Positions 29,389 to 40,203 of a stretch of 64,000 nt of DNA are shown piece by piece (within the stretch, counting starts at the first letter, position 1; each line of letters opens with the position of its first letter). The stretch is from positions 480,001-544,000 of the forward strand of contig CAWBVY010000004.1 of assembly GCA_963792415.1 (NCBI GenBank), in the 5' to 3' direction. The DNA is from Candidatus Deferrimicrobiaceae bacterium. GTDB taxonomy: Bacteria > Desulfobacterota > Deferrimicrobia > Deferrimicrobiales > Deferrimicrobiaceae. A model generated the notes under the pieces. The model did no database searches. It saw only the letters and a program-made list of their open reading frames with translations, and had not been told where the DNA came from. The position numbers and the translations under genes are program-made.

Positions 29389-29417
29389 TTGACACCACCG
29401 ACGGCGCATCATTTAAT
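29389..29417 (+). promoter_or_regulatory. sigma70-type promoter of DAB cluster 1
   Basis: TTGACA-17 bp-TTTAAT. Confidence 0.7.
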
Positions 29418-29533
29418 GTCTGGAATTTTCCCGGCGCCGCTGGGGCCGTCGGCATGTGGCGCCATTCGCCTAAAATAGTCCCATCAACAGCCGGCTCATG
29501 GCATGTTGGCCGCTCTTACGGGGGGAACCGCGA

Positions 29534-32500
29534 GTGACCTACGTACTCGTTCCGCAGCCGGATCCTGTCACCGACGCAGATCGCCAGCGGCTGCTGGCCG
29601 CGGTCGCCCTCGCAAGCGAGGCCGTCGCGCCGTTTTATCCGATGCGGACGTTCATCCACCACAATCCCCTCCACGGCCTCGAGCATCTGCCGTTCGACGA
29701 GGCGATCCGGAAAGGCCGGAAATTGACCGGTGGCAACGGTTACCTGTCCAACGAGGAGTATCGCGGCCTTCTCGCGGATGGGCGCATCGGCAAGGGCGAT
29801 TTGAGGAACGCGATACGGCGGCTCGCTCCCGGGTTGGACGAGCACGGCGGAGTTGCCGTGGGGAGGCACCGGATCGACCCGCTCGACGTGCTTGAAATCC
29901 ACCTGGTCTACGGGATCGACCCGATCGAGCCGGAAGCCTTCCGCGACATGGTTCGCAAGAAAGGGGTACATCGGCGGTTTTGCCCGGATCTGCCGTCCAA
30001 CCTCCGTGGCAGGCTGCAGGCCGCCGCCGGGGGCATGCGGGCCGCCGATCCGCCCCGCGTGCCGGATAGGACGTCGGACCCGGAGACCCGGATCGCATCG
30101 GAGCTCTGGTCGGCCGTTCTGTACGCTCTTGATCTCGACCGGACGGCGCCGGACGGGCTGAACGGGCAAGGCGGGGTCGTTGAGGAGGAAGCCGTCGAGC
30201 GAGAGGCCCGGATCCTGGCAGCCGCCGGGACGGATGCCGTCGAGGCCGCAGCCGCGTCGGCGGGCCTGGAGATGCTGGCCGGCGACCTGAGGGGCATCGG
30301 CGAGGGGATGACCGTGGGAGAGTGGTGCGGCCGGCTGGCGGGCGTGGACATCGTCGGCGTGATCAACCGGGAAATGATCAAGTGGTGTTCGGCCTTTCTG
30401 GATCAGGGGATGGCGATGTGGGAGGCCCCCGGCAGGGAGAAGGGGTACTACGCCTTCTGGCGGGACCTCGCCGCGCGCGATTTCTCGGGGCGGTTCCTCG
30501 GGATCAGGGGATTTCGCGGCCTTGTGGAGCGCCTGCCGGATACGCCCGAGGATGCGCTCATCGGGAGCTTGCGTGCGCTGGGAAATACCGACAAGAGCTG
30601 GATCGAATACCTCGAGCGTCACCTTGCCCAGCTGCCCGGATGGGCCGGGTTCGTGAAGTGGCGATCCGAGTCGCACGATTACCGGTGGCAGCGGCGGTAC
30701 CCGATCGAGCTGGTCGATTATCTCGCGGTGCGGATGTTCTACGAACGTCAGCTTGTGGATGCGTGCTGCCGGGATACCTGGGAAGTCGAGGGGACGGTGC
30801 AGGCGCTGGCGGGTTATTTCCGTCGCCGTCCCGCCGAGTATTTTGCGCGCCGGCGATCCGCCGAGGCGAGCGTCCCGGCCGTCGCAACTCCGCATCAACC
30901 GGTCCGCGGGCGGGTACCTGCGTCGGACGGGGCCTGGGACCGGTTCGGCCGGATCCTGCGTCTCTGCGACGAAACCTCCAGGCGCGATCCGTGGTCGGCG
31001 CTCGGCCGGAACGCCTGGCGCCTGTTCCGCCTCGCGCAGTTCCTGGGGCTCTCGCCGGCGGGGGTCCGGCGCATGCCCATGGAGGATGCACGGGCGTTGC
31101 TGGCGATCCTCGACCGCGTGCCGCCCGACGCGCACGGCCCGATATGGCTTGAGGCCCACGAAGCGAATTACAGGGACACGCTGCTTTCCCGGCTGGCCGC
31201 AAACAGGAGCGGCGATCCCGGTGTCTCCTCCCGGTCCGGGCGGCGTCCCCTGGCGCAGGCGATCTTCTGCATCGACGTGCGCTCCGAGGGCTTCCGCAGG
31301 CACCTCGAAGCCGTGGGCGATACTGAAACGCTAGGTTTTGCCGGCTTTTTCGGTGTTCCCATCGGGTTCCGCGGGTTCGGGCAGCAGGAGGATGCGGCGC
31401 TCTGCCCTGTCCTGATCAAGCCGAAGTGCGTGGTGGTCGAGTTTCCGCGCGGGGGGGCGGAGCGGGAGGGGGAACGGGCGCTGAGGGGTCTTGCGTGGGA
31501 CGGCGTCGTCCACGGCGTCGTGCAACGGCTCGAGCGCCATTTTGCGGCCTCCTACGCGCTGGTCGACCTGCTCGGAGGCTTTTTCGGCCTCTCGCTCGTC
31601 GGCCGCACTCTGTTCCCGGGCGCGTCGCGCCGCCTGGCCTCCCGCCTCCATCACGCCGTGGTTCCGCCGGCGGCGACGGGGCTTACCGTGGGGAAGATCG
31701 ACCAGAAGAAAGCCGAGGAACTCGTCGCCGGCCTCGACCCGCCTGAACGCGCCGCCCGCCTCGAGCGGTTGGGGACGCAGGGTTTCGGCAGGGAGGAACA
31801 GGCCCTCTACATCGAAACCGGGCTTCGCACCATGGGCCTGACCGGCGCGTTCGCGCATCTTGTCCTCGTCTGCGGCCACGGGAGCGAGTCGACCAACAAC
31901 CCCTACGCTGCAGCGCTGGATTGCGGCGCCTGCGGGGGGAGCCATGGCGGGCCGAACGCCCGCGTGTTCGCCATGCTGGCGAACAACCCTTCGGTCCGGG
32001 CGATGCTGCGACAGCGCGGCATCGACATCCCGGAGGACACCTGGTTCGTGGCTGCCCAGCACAATACGACCACCGATGAAGTGGAAATCCTGGACGAGCG
32101 CGACTGCCCGGAGACGCACGCGGAGGATCTCCGGTGGCTTCGCCGGGACCTTGCCGAGGCGGGCGCCCGCCAGGCGCAGGAGCGTTGCGGGCGGCTGCCG
32201 GGGTCGCCGGCCGGCCTCTCGCCGCGCGCCGCGCTTCGGCACGTGGAGCGCCGCAGCGCCGACCTCGCCCAGGTGCGCCCGGAGTGGGGCCTGTCGAGCA
32301 ACGCCGCGTTCATCGTCGCCCACCGGTCGCTCACCCGGGAGCTCAACCTCGGCGGTCGGGTGTTCCTGCACTCCTACGACTGGGAGCGGGACACGATAGG
32401 GAGCGTGCTTGACGTGATCATGACCGCCCCCCTCATCGTCGGTGAGTGGATCAACATGGAGCACTACTTCTCCACCGTGGACAACAAGGTGTACGGAAGC

Positions 32501-32839
32501 GACAGCAAGGTGATCCACAACGTCGTGGGAGGGTTCGGGGTCGTGCTGGGCAGTGGAGGCGACCTGCAGACGGGGTTGCCGCGCCAGACGGTGATGGCGG
32601 GGGAGGCGCGTTACCACGATCCCCTGCGCCTGTTGGCGGTGATCGAGGCGCCGACGGACCGGATCGGGGAGATCATCCGGCGCCACCGCATCCTGCAGCA
32701 CCTGTTCGACAATGGATGGGTCAACCTGGTCGCGCTCGACCCGCGGACCGGTACCTTCCATCGCTACCTGCCAGGTTTCGCCTGGGAACGCCTCGCCGTC
32801 GAACCGGGCCGCGAGCGCCGCGACGGGATACGAAAATGA
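29534..32839 (+). CDS. dabA: inorganic carbon transporter subunit DabA (DUF2309), copy 1
   Basis: FIHHNPLHGLE, LPGWAG, CIDVRSE, CGHGS, LDCGACGG, VRPEWGL, WINMEHYFS. Confidence 0.93.
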   Translation: MTYVLVPQPDPVTDADRQRLLAAVALASEAVAPFYPMRTFIHHNPLHGLEHLPFDEAIRKGRKLTGGNGYLSNEEYRGLLADGRIGKGDLRNAIRRLAPGLDEHGGVAVGRHRIDPLDVLEIHLVYGIDPIEPEAFRDMVRKKGVHRRFCPDLPSNLRGRLQAAAGGMRAADPPRVPDRTSDPETRIASELWSAVLYALDLDRTAPDGLNGQGGVVEEEAVEREARILAAAGTDAVEAAAASAGLEMLAGDLRGIGEGMTVGEWCGRLAGVDIVGVINREMIKWCSAFLDQGMAMWEAPGREKGYYAFWRDLAARDFSGRFLGIRGFRGLVERLPDTPEDALIGSLRALGNTDKSWIEYLERHLAQLPGWAGFVKWRSESHDYRWQRRYPIELVDYLAVRMFYERQLVDACCRDTWEVEGTVQALAGYFRRRPAEYFARRRSAEASVPAVATPHQPVRGRVPASDGAWDRFGRILRLCDETSRRDPWSALGRNAWRLFRLAQFLGLSPAGVRRMPMEDARALLAILDRVPPDAHGPIWLEAHEANYRDTLLSRLAANRSGDPGVSSRSGRRPLAQAIFCIDVRSEGFRRHLEAVGDTETLGFAGFFGVPIGFRGFGQQEDAALCPVLIKPKCVVVEFPRGGAEREGERALRGLAWDGVVHGVVQRLERHFAASYALVDLLGGFFGLSLVGRTLFPGASRRLASRLHHAVVPPAATGLTVGKIDQKKAEELVAGLDPPERAARLERLGTQGFGREEQALYIETGLRTMGLTGAFAHLVLVCGHGSESTNNPYAAALDCGACGGSHGGPNARVFAMLANNPSVRAMLRQRGIDIPEDTWFVAAQHNTTTDEVEILDERDCPETHAEDLRWLRRDLAEAGARQAQERCGRLPGSPAGLSPRAALRHVERRSADLAQVRPEWGLSSNAAFIVAHRSLTRELNLGGRVFLHSYDWERDTIGSVLDVIMTAPLIVGEWINMEHYFSTVDNKVYGSDSKVIHNVVGGFGVVLGSGGDLQTGLPRQTVMAGEARYHDPLRLLAVIEAPTDRIGEIIRRHRILQHLFDNGWVNLVALDPRTGTFHRYLPGFAWERLAVEPGRERRDGIRK

Positions 32840-34413
32840 CGTGGATGCCTGCGTACCTGTCGTCGAACCTGCTGACGGTCCTGATCTTCTTCCCGCTGGC
32901 CGGGGCGCTGCTGCTCTTCTTCCTGCCGAAGGGAAACGTGCGCCTGATCCGGAACGCGACCCTGCTTGTCACCCTGGCGGAGTTCCTCCTCTCGCTGGTC
33001 ATCGTCTTCCGGTTCGACGACGCAACCGCGTCGATGCAGTTCGTCGAGCGGGCTTCCTGGATCCCCGGCTACGGGATCGAGTACCACGTGGGCGTCGACG
33101 GGATCTCGCTCTGGCTCGTCATGCTCACGACGTTCCTCATGCCCATCGTGGTCCTCTCCACCTACCAGGCGGTTGAGAAGCACGTGAAGGAGTTCCTGAT
33201 CTTCACACTGGTTCTGGAGGTCGGGATGGTGGGGGTGTTCCTTGCGATCGACCTCTTCCTCTTCTACATCTTCTGGGAACTGGTGCTCGTCCCGATGTAC
33301 TTCCTGATCGGGGTGTGGGGTAGCGACCGGCGCATCTACTCGGCGATCAAGTTCTTCCTGTACACGTTCGCGGGCTCGGTGCTGATGCTCGTCGCGATCA
33401 TCGCGCTCTATTTCCACCACCACGAGGTCACGGGGGTCTACACGACGAACCTGCTCCGCCTGTATGAGCTGTCGATTCCGGTGCAGCTGCAGTTCTGGAT
33501 GTTCGCCGCCTTCGCGCTGGCGTTCGCGGTCAAGGTCCCGATGTTCCCGTTCCACACGTGGCTCCCCGACGCCCACGTGGACGCACCCACGTCGGGCTCG
33601 GTGATCCTCGCGGCGTTATTGCTCAAGATGGGGACCTACGGGTTCCTCCGGTTCGCGATGCCTCTGTTTCCGGTCGCCGCTTTCGATCTGATGCCGTTGA
33701 TCGGTGCGCTTGCGGTCGTCGGGATCATCTACGGGGCGCTGGTCGCGATGGCCCAGAAGGACATGAAGAAGCTCGTCGCCTACTCCTCGGTCTCCCACCT
33801 CGGGTTCGTCATGCTGGGGCTGTTCGCCTTCAACATCCAGGGGATACAGGGCGGAATCCTCCAGATGGTCAACCACGGCATCTCGACGGGGGCCCTCTTC
33901 CTCCTCGTCGGCATCCTCTACGAGAGGCGCCACACCCGCCTCGTTTCGGAGTACGGAGGGCTGTTCAAGGTCATCCCCGTGTACGCGACGGTCTTCATGA
34001 TCGTGGCGCTCTCCTCGCTGGGTCTGCCCGGCCTGAACAACTTCGCCGGCGAGTTCCTGATCCTCATGGGCGCGTTCCAGTCGATGAGGGGGCTCACGGT
34101 CGCGGCCACCGTCGGGATCTTCTTCGCGGCCGTATACATGCTCTGGATGTTCCAGCGCGTGATGTTCGGCGCGGTGGGCAACGAGAAGAACCGGCATCTT
34201 CCGGACATGAATGCGCGCGAGGTGGCCTGCATGCTTCCTCTCCTTCTGTTCGTCTTCTGGATCGGGGTATACCCCCAGACGTTCCTCCGGAAGATGGAAG
34301 CCTCGGTGTCGGCTGCCGTGACGCGGATGGAGGGGAAGCGACAGGCGTTGCTCATGGGACGGCCGCCCGGGGAGACCCTGCTCGCACGCTATTTCGATCG
34401 TGCCCGTGATTGA
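32836..34413 (+). CDS. NuoM/ND4-like antiporter subunit, copy 1
   Basis: GVDGISL, FYIFWE, KVPMFPFHTWLPDAHVDAP, LLKMG, AYSSVSH; ATGA overlap with dabA. Confidence 0.92.
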   Translation: MTWMPAYLSSNLLTVLIFFPLAGALLLFFLPKGNVRLIRNATLLVTLAEFLLSLVIVFRFDDATASMQFVERASWIPGYGIEYHVGVDGISLWLVMLTTFLMPIVVLSTYQAVEKHVKEFLIFTLVLEVGMVGVFLAIDLFLFYIFWELVLVPMYFLIGVWGSDRRIYSAIKFFLYTFAGSVLMLVAIIALYFHHHEVTGVYTTNLLRLYELSIPVQLQFWMFAAFALAFAVKVPMFPFHTWLPDAHVDAPTSGSVILAALLLKMGTYGFLRFAMPLFPVAAFDLMPLIGALAVVGIIYGALVAMAQKDMKKLVAYSSVSHLGFVMLGLFAFNIQGIQGGILQMVNHGISTGALFLLVGILYERRHTRLVSEYGGLFKVIPVYATVFMIVALSSLGLPGLNNFAGEFLILMGAFQSMRGLTVAATVGIFFAAVYMLWMFQRVMFGAVGNEKNRHLPDMNAREVACMLPLLLFVFWIGVYPQTFLRKMEASVSAAVTRMEGKRQALLMGRPPGETLLARYFDRARD

Positions 34414-34491
34414 AACGGGCCGGCCGTTCGGGTATATGGCTTTTTCCATGTTCCTTCGCCGTGACTCCAGACGTCGATCGGGGGTGATGAG

Positions 34492-34836
34492 ATGAGCGAC
34501 ACAAGCCTGGTATTGATGAAGAGGGTCCAGATCATCGTCAAGGGCGAGGACCTGCACCTTGTCGAGGAGCTTCTCGTGAAAGCGCGCGTTTCCGGATTCA
34601 CCATCGTGCCGAACGTATCGGGCAGGGGGCATCACGGCACCCATGAAGGGCACCTTCTCTTCAACGACATGCACACGCTGGACGTCCTGTTCACCATCGT
34701 CCCGGAGGACCGGGTCGATCCGATCCTCGCCGGCCTCGGGACGCTGTTCGAGCGGCATTCGGGCGTCGTGTTCGTCTCGGATGTCTGGGTCACCCGCAAG
34801 CACTACTTCGAGACGTATGCCAACCCCTCCCGCTGA
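34492..34836 (+). CDS. P-II superfamily regulator (SbtB/DUF190-like)
   Basis: MKRVQIIV, VSGFTI..VSGRGHHG, SGVVFVSDV. Confidence 0.85.
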   Translation: MSDTSLVLMKRVQIIVKGEDLHLVEELLVKARVSGFTIVPNVSGRGHHGTHEGHLLFNDMHTLDVLFTIVPEDRVDPILAGLGTLFERHSGVVFVSDVWVTRKHYFETYANPSR

Positions 34837-34859
34837 CGGCGCACGGGACCGGTAGCGGG

Positions 34860-36782
34860 ATGCCACTCGCCTGCCTCGCCGTTCCCGCACTGCCCCTGCT
34901 CGCCTTCCTGGCGATCCTCCTGGGCGGTCACTGGCTTCGCGGCCGCAGTCATGTGGTCGCGCTCGCCGCCGCCGGCGTTTCGTTCGCCCTGTCGGTGGCG
35001 GTGGCAGTCGAGGTCGTCTCGTCGGGTCCGGTCCAGGTGGTTCTGTACACGTGGATCGGGTCCGGATCGTTAGTGGTGCGCCTCGGACTGTACGTGGACC
35101 GCCTGACCGTCGTCATGCTGGTGATGGTGACGACGATCTCGGGAATCGTGCAGGCTTACAGCGTGCGTTACATGGACGGCGACGGCGGCTACTCGAGGTA
35201 CTTCGCCTTCGTCTGCCTGTTCACCGGCTCCATGCTGATGCTGGTGATGAGCGACAACCTCCTGATGATGTTCGTGTTCTGGGAAGCGGTGGGACTGTGC
35301 TCCTACCTCCTGATCGGGTTCACGTACGAGCGGAAGCCGGCGTGCGACGCCGCGGTGAAGGCGTTCTGGGTGAACCGGGTCGGCGACATGGGGTTCCTGC
35401 TGGGGATCCTTCTCGCGTGGACGACGTTCGGGACGCTCGACTCCCTCGCGATCATGCGCGAGGCGGGCCGGCACGCGGGCGCCACCGTCGCGCTCTTCGG
35501 TCAGTACGGGTCGGTGAGCACGCTGACCCTCATCACCATGCTGTTCCTCTGCGGGGCGCTCGCAAAGTCGGCCCAGCTTCCTTTCCACGTGTGGCTGCCT
35601 GACGCGATGGAGGCGCCGACTCCCGTCTCCGCCCTGATCCACGCGGCGACGATGGTGACGGCCGGCGTGTTCCTCATCGCCCGCTTCGCCCCCCTGTTCG
35701 AACTCGCTCCCGTGACGCTCTCCGTCCTCGCGTTCGTCGGCGCGGCGTCGGCGTTCTTCGCGGCCGCGGTCTCGACGGTCCAGACCGACATCAAGCGGGT
35801 CCTGGCGTATTCCACGATGTGCCAGCTGGGGTACATGATGCTGGCCTGCGGTCTCGGGGCCTACGGGCTGGCGATCTTCCACCTGGTCGCCCACGCGGCG
35901 TTCAAGGCCCTGCTGTTCCTGACCGCGGGGATGGCGATCGAGGAGGTCGCCGCGCACGAAGCGCTCATCGAATCCGGGCGATCCGGGCGCTGGCTCCCCG
36001 CCCGCTTCTGGCTCCTGTGGATATCGGGGGTCGCCCTGGCGGCGATGCCGCCCCTGGTTCTTATCGCGGGCGGGAAAGGTCTTTTTCAACTGGTGTCCCC
36101 ATCGGATCACGGCCATCCGGTATTCTGGATCCTGGCATGGGGCACCGCGCTGATGACGGTCGTTTACCTGCTCCGGCTGGTCGGAACCGCCGAGCTCCGG
36201 TCCGGGGTGGACGCCACGCCGATTCGGCTCCTGTCGCCGCGGGCGCTCGGATTCGTGGCCGGGACGGCAGGGGTGGTGGTCCTTGCCTCGGTCTGGTCGC
36301 CTCTCGCCGGATGGGCCTGGTTCGAGCGGTTCATGGCTTCGGCGCTGCCGACCCCGCACCACGGATCCCCGCCTTCCGCGGCGGAAGGGACGCTTGCGCT
36401 GGCCGCCGTGACGGTCGCCGGCCTGACCCTCCTGGCGGCGGCATGGGGGGGGCTGCGCGCGGTGCTGCGGCTGCGGACGGCCGCCGGCCCCGGGTTGTGG
36501 GACAGGTGGAGCGCAACGTTGTACGTGGTCGTGCTGAACCGCGGGTATGTGGACGAGATCTACCGGGCGACGCTGGTGCGACCCGCGCTTTCGCTCGCGA
36601 TGTGGCTGTCCGACTCGTTCGACGCCGGAGTCATCGACCGCGCTGTCGACGGCTTCGGGGCGGCCGTCGCGGGCATGGGGGAGCGGATGCGGGAGATCCA
36701 GAGCGGGCAGTTCCACCATTACGCCATCGCCATGCTTCTCGGGGTCATCCTGCTCCTGGGGTTCTGCCTGGTGGCGGGCTAA
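34860..36782 (+). CDS. dabB: NuoL/ND5-like membrane subunit DabB, copy 1
   Basis: FWEAVG, NRVGD, KSAQLPFHVWLPDAMEAPTPVSALIHAATMV, HLVAHAAFKA. Confidence 0.85.
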   Translation: MPLACLAVPALPLLAFLAILLGGHWLRGRSHVVALAAAGVSFALSVAVAVEVVSSGPVQVVLYTWIGSGSLVVRLGLYVDRLTVVMLVMVTTISGIVQAYSVRYMDGDGGYSRYFAFVCLFTGSMLMLVMSDNLLMMFVFWEAVGLCSYLLIGFTYERKPACDAAVKAFWVNRVGDMGFLLGILLAWTTFGTLDSLAIMREAGRHAGATVALFGQYGSVSTLTLITMLFLCGALAKSAQLPFHVWLPDAMEAPTPVSALIHAATMVTAGVFLIARFAPLFELAPVTLSVLAFVGAASAFFAAAVSTVQTDIKRVLAYSTMCQLGYMMLACGLGAYGLAIFHLVAHAAFKALLFLTAGMAIEEVAAHEALIESGRSGRWLPARFWLLWISGVALAAMPPLVLIAGGKGLFQLVSPSDHGHPVFWILAWGTALMTVVYLLRLVGTAELRSGVDATPIRLLSPRALGFVAGTAGVVVLASVWSPLAGWAWFERFMASALPTPHHGSPPSAAEGTLALAAVTVAGLTLLAAAWGGLRAVLRLRTAAGPGLWDRWSATLYVVVLNRGYVDEIYRATLVRPALSLAMWLSDSFDAGVIDRAVDGFGAAVAGMGERMREIQSGQFHHYAIAMLLGVILLLGFCLVAG

Positions 36783-36800
36783 GGGGAGGATCTTCCCCTT
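36781..36800 (+). terminator. hairpin after cluster 1
   Basis: AAGGGGAG-gat-CTTCCCCTT; weak U tail. Confidence 0.4.
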
Positions 36801-36873
36801 GACTCGAAGGTTTGCATGTTAAAAGATGTTCGCTGATCGGGTCATGCCGGCTGCTCTTTTCGGGGGAACCACG

Positions 36874-39800
36874 GTGTCCACCAAACGCGTCGAGCAGACA
36901 GGTCCGATCACCGAAGTCGACCGGCAGCGGGTGCTGTCCGCGGTCGCCCTGGCGAGCGAGTCCGTTTCGTCGTTCTGGCCGATGCGGATGTTCGTCCACC
37001 ACAATCCCCTTCACGGCCTCGAACATCTGCCCTTCGACACGGCGGTCCGCAAGTCGAATAGCCTTACCGGCGGACGTGGTTACCTGACAAACGAAGAGTA
37101 CCGCCGCATGTTGGCGAGCGGGCACATAAAAGCCGATGACCTCGCTCGTGCGATCGAACGGCTTGAATTTGCCGGAATCGACGTGCGCAAGGAAGTGGTC
37201 TTCGGTGGGCGCCGGGTCCGGACCCTCGATGTCGTTGCCAGCCATGTCGCCTTCGGGATCGGCGCGCTGGAGCCGGCCGCATTCCGGGCCCGGGTCCGCG
37301 AGCGGGCGCTTCTGCGGCTGTTTCCCGATCTCCCGCCGGACCGCCGCGCCCGGCTGCTTGCCGCCTCGGCATGGAAGACCCCGGAAGAGATCGCATCGGA
37401 GCTTTGGTCGGCCGTTCTTCGCGTCCTGGGAATCAGCGGCCCGGATCCGTTCGCCTTCGACGAACTCGAGGAGGCGGAACTGGAGGTGCGTTTCGAGCGC
37501 GAAGTGCTCGCGGCGACCTCGGGCGAAACAGAGGCCGTGGATGCCGCCGTCGCGTCGGACGGCCTGGAGCTGCTGGCAGCCGACCTCGACCGCGTCGGGG
37601 AGGATATGACCGCGGGGGAGTGGTGCGGCCGGCTGGCGGGCGCCGACATCGTCGGCGTGATCAACAGGGAAATGATCAAATGGTGCTCGGTTTTCCTCGA
37701 TCAGGGGGTGGCGACGTGGGAGGCCCCCGGCAGGGAGAAGGGATTCTACTCCTTCTGGCGGAGCCTTGCAGCGTGGGATTTCTCGGGAAGATTCCTGGGG
37801 ATTCGAGGGTTTCGCCGCATGGTACATCGCCTGCCGGATACGTCCGAGGATGCGCTCATCGGGAGCTTGCGTGCGCTGGGAAATACCGACAAGAGCTGGA
37901 TCGAAACCCTGGGGCGTCACCTTGCCCAGCTGCCCGGTTGGGCGGGATTCGTGAAATGGCGGTCGGAGGCGCACGACTACCATTGGCAACGGCGGCACCC
38001 CATCGATCTGGTCGATTATCTCGCGGTGCGGATGTTCTACGAACGTCACCTTGTGGATGCGTGCTGCCGGGATATCTGGGAAGTCGAAGGGACGGTGCAC
38101 GCGCTGGCGGAGTATTTCCGTCGCCGTCCCGCCGAGTATTTTGCGCGCCGGCGATCCGCCGAGGAACCGTTCCCGGATTTTACACGCCGGCATCGTCCTG
38201 CCGCGGAGCGAAAACCAGGGAGTGACGACGCCTGGGTCCGGTTCGGCCGCATCCTTTTCCTGGTCCGGGAACACTCTGAACGCGATCCGTGGTCGGCGCA
38301 TGGTCGCGACGCATGGCGGCTGTTCCGTCTGGCCCAGTTCCTGGCGCTCTCGCCTGCGGAGGTCCGGGCGATGTCCGGGGATGACGCACGGGCGTTGCTG
38401 GCGATCCTCGACCGCGTGCCGCCGGACGCGCACGGCCGGATCTGGCTGGAGGCCCACGAGGCGAATTACAGGGACACGCTGCTTTCCCGGCTGGCTGCGA
38501 GACATCGAGACCTCCTCTCGGGGAGCCCCCGGCGTGACTCCCGTCCCGCGTCGCAGTCGGTGTACTGCATCGATGTCCGATCGGAGGGGTTCCGACGGCA
38601 TCTCGAAGCCGTGGGCGACCATGAAACGTTCGGCTTCGCGGGCTTTTTCGGTCGTTCCCATCGGGTTCCGCGGTTTCGGGAAGAAGGAGGATTCGGCGCT
38701 CTGCCCCGTCCTGATCAAGCCGAAGTGCGTGATCGTGGAGCAGCCGGGTGTCGGCGCCGGCCCGGCCGGGAAGCGGGCGTTGCGGGGCATGGCGTGGGAC
38801 GGCATCGTTCATGGAGTCGTCCAGCGGCTCGAGCGTCATTTCGCGGCTTCGTACGCGATGGTCGATCTGCTCGGCGGGGTTTTCGGCCTCTCGCTCGCAG
38901 GCCGTACCTTGGCCCCGGCGGCTACGCGCCGCCTCGCTGCGAAGGTCCACCATCGGGCCGTGCCGAAGGCGGCCACGAGTCTCACGGTGGGCAAGATGAC
39001 CCGGAAGGAAGCCGAGGAACTCGTCGCCGGCCTCGACCCGCCTGAACGCGCCGCCCGCCTCGAGCGGTTGGGGACGCAGGGGTTCACCGGGGAGGAACAG
39101 GCCCTCTACATCGAAACCGGGCTTCGCACGATGGGCCTTACCGGCCCCTTCGCGCGCATGGTGCTCGTCTGCGGCCACCGGAGCACATCGACCAACAATC
39201 CTTATGTGGCCGCCCTGGATTGCGGCGCGTGCGGGGGGAGCCCCAGCGGGCCGAACGCCCGTGTGTTCGCCATGCTGGCGAACAAACCCACGGTCCGGGC
39301 GATGCTGCGACAGCGCGGCATCGACATCCCGGAGGACACCTGGTTCGTGGCTGCCCAGCACAATACGACCACCGATGAAGTGGAAATCCTGGACGAGTGC
39401 GACTGCCCGGAGACGCACGGGGAGGATCTTCAGTGGCTTCGCAGGGACCTCGCCGAGGCGGGCGCCCGCCAGGCGCAGGAGCGTTGCGGGCGGCTGCCGG
39501 GATCGCCGGCCGGCCTCTCGCCGCGCGCCGCGCTTCGGCACGTGGAGCGCCGCAGCGCCGATCTCGCCCAGGTGCTCCCGGAGTGGGGGCTGTCGAGCAA
39601 CGCCGCGTTCATCGTCGCGCACCGGTCTCTCACCCGGGAGCTCAACCTCGGCGGCCGGGTGTTCCTTCAATCCTACGACTGGCGGCGGGACGCCGAGGGT
39701 ACGTCCCTTGAGATCATCATGACCGCCCCCCTCATCGTCGGTGAGTGGATCAACATGGAGCACTACTTCTCCGCCGTGGACAACAAGGTGTACGGAAGCG

Positions 39801-40114
39801 ACAGCAAGGTGGTCCACAACGTCGTGGGAGGGTTCGGGGTCATGCTGGGCAGCGGCGGCGACCTGCGGACGGGGTTGCCGCGGCAGACGGTGATGGCGGG
39901 GGAGGCGCGTTACCACGATCCCCTGCGCCTGTTGGCGGTGATCGAGGCGCCGACGGACCGGATCGGGGAGATCATCAGGCGCCATCACGCGCTTCAGCAC
40001 CTGTTCGACAACGGGTGGGTCAACCTGGTTGCGCTCGATCCGCGGACCGGTTCGTTCCTCCGCTATCGCGAGGGGGGCGGCTGGGAGCCTTCCGAGGTCC
40101 GCGCGGCCTGCTGA
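36874..40114 (+). CDS. dabA: DabA (DUF2309), copy 2; +1 frameshift near 38653
   Basis: Same motifs as copy 1. TTCGGTcGTTCCC here versus TTCGGTGTTCCC in copy 1 shows one extra C. Confidence 0.88.
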
Positions 40115-40203
40115 GTCGCGTCCGTTCCGGGGCGGCCTTTGCGAAAAGGGGCGGCAGCGGTTACTATGCCGGCAATGAGCGAAAACTGGCGGAGTGCATC
40201 GAC

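Noticed and set aside
29418-29533. Riboswitch in the ~110-nt dabA1 leader
   Set aside because: No known aptamer core or terminator was recognised; an Rfam search would be needed.
32836-36782. Respiratory complex I nuoL/nuoM operon
   Set aside because: No other nuo genes are adjacent; the genes are coupled to DUF2309 and P-II.
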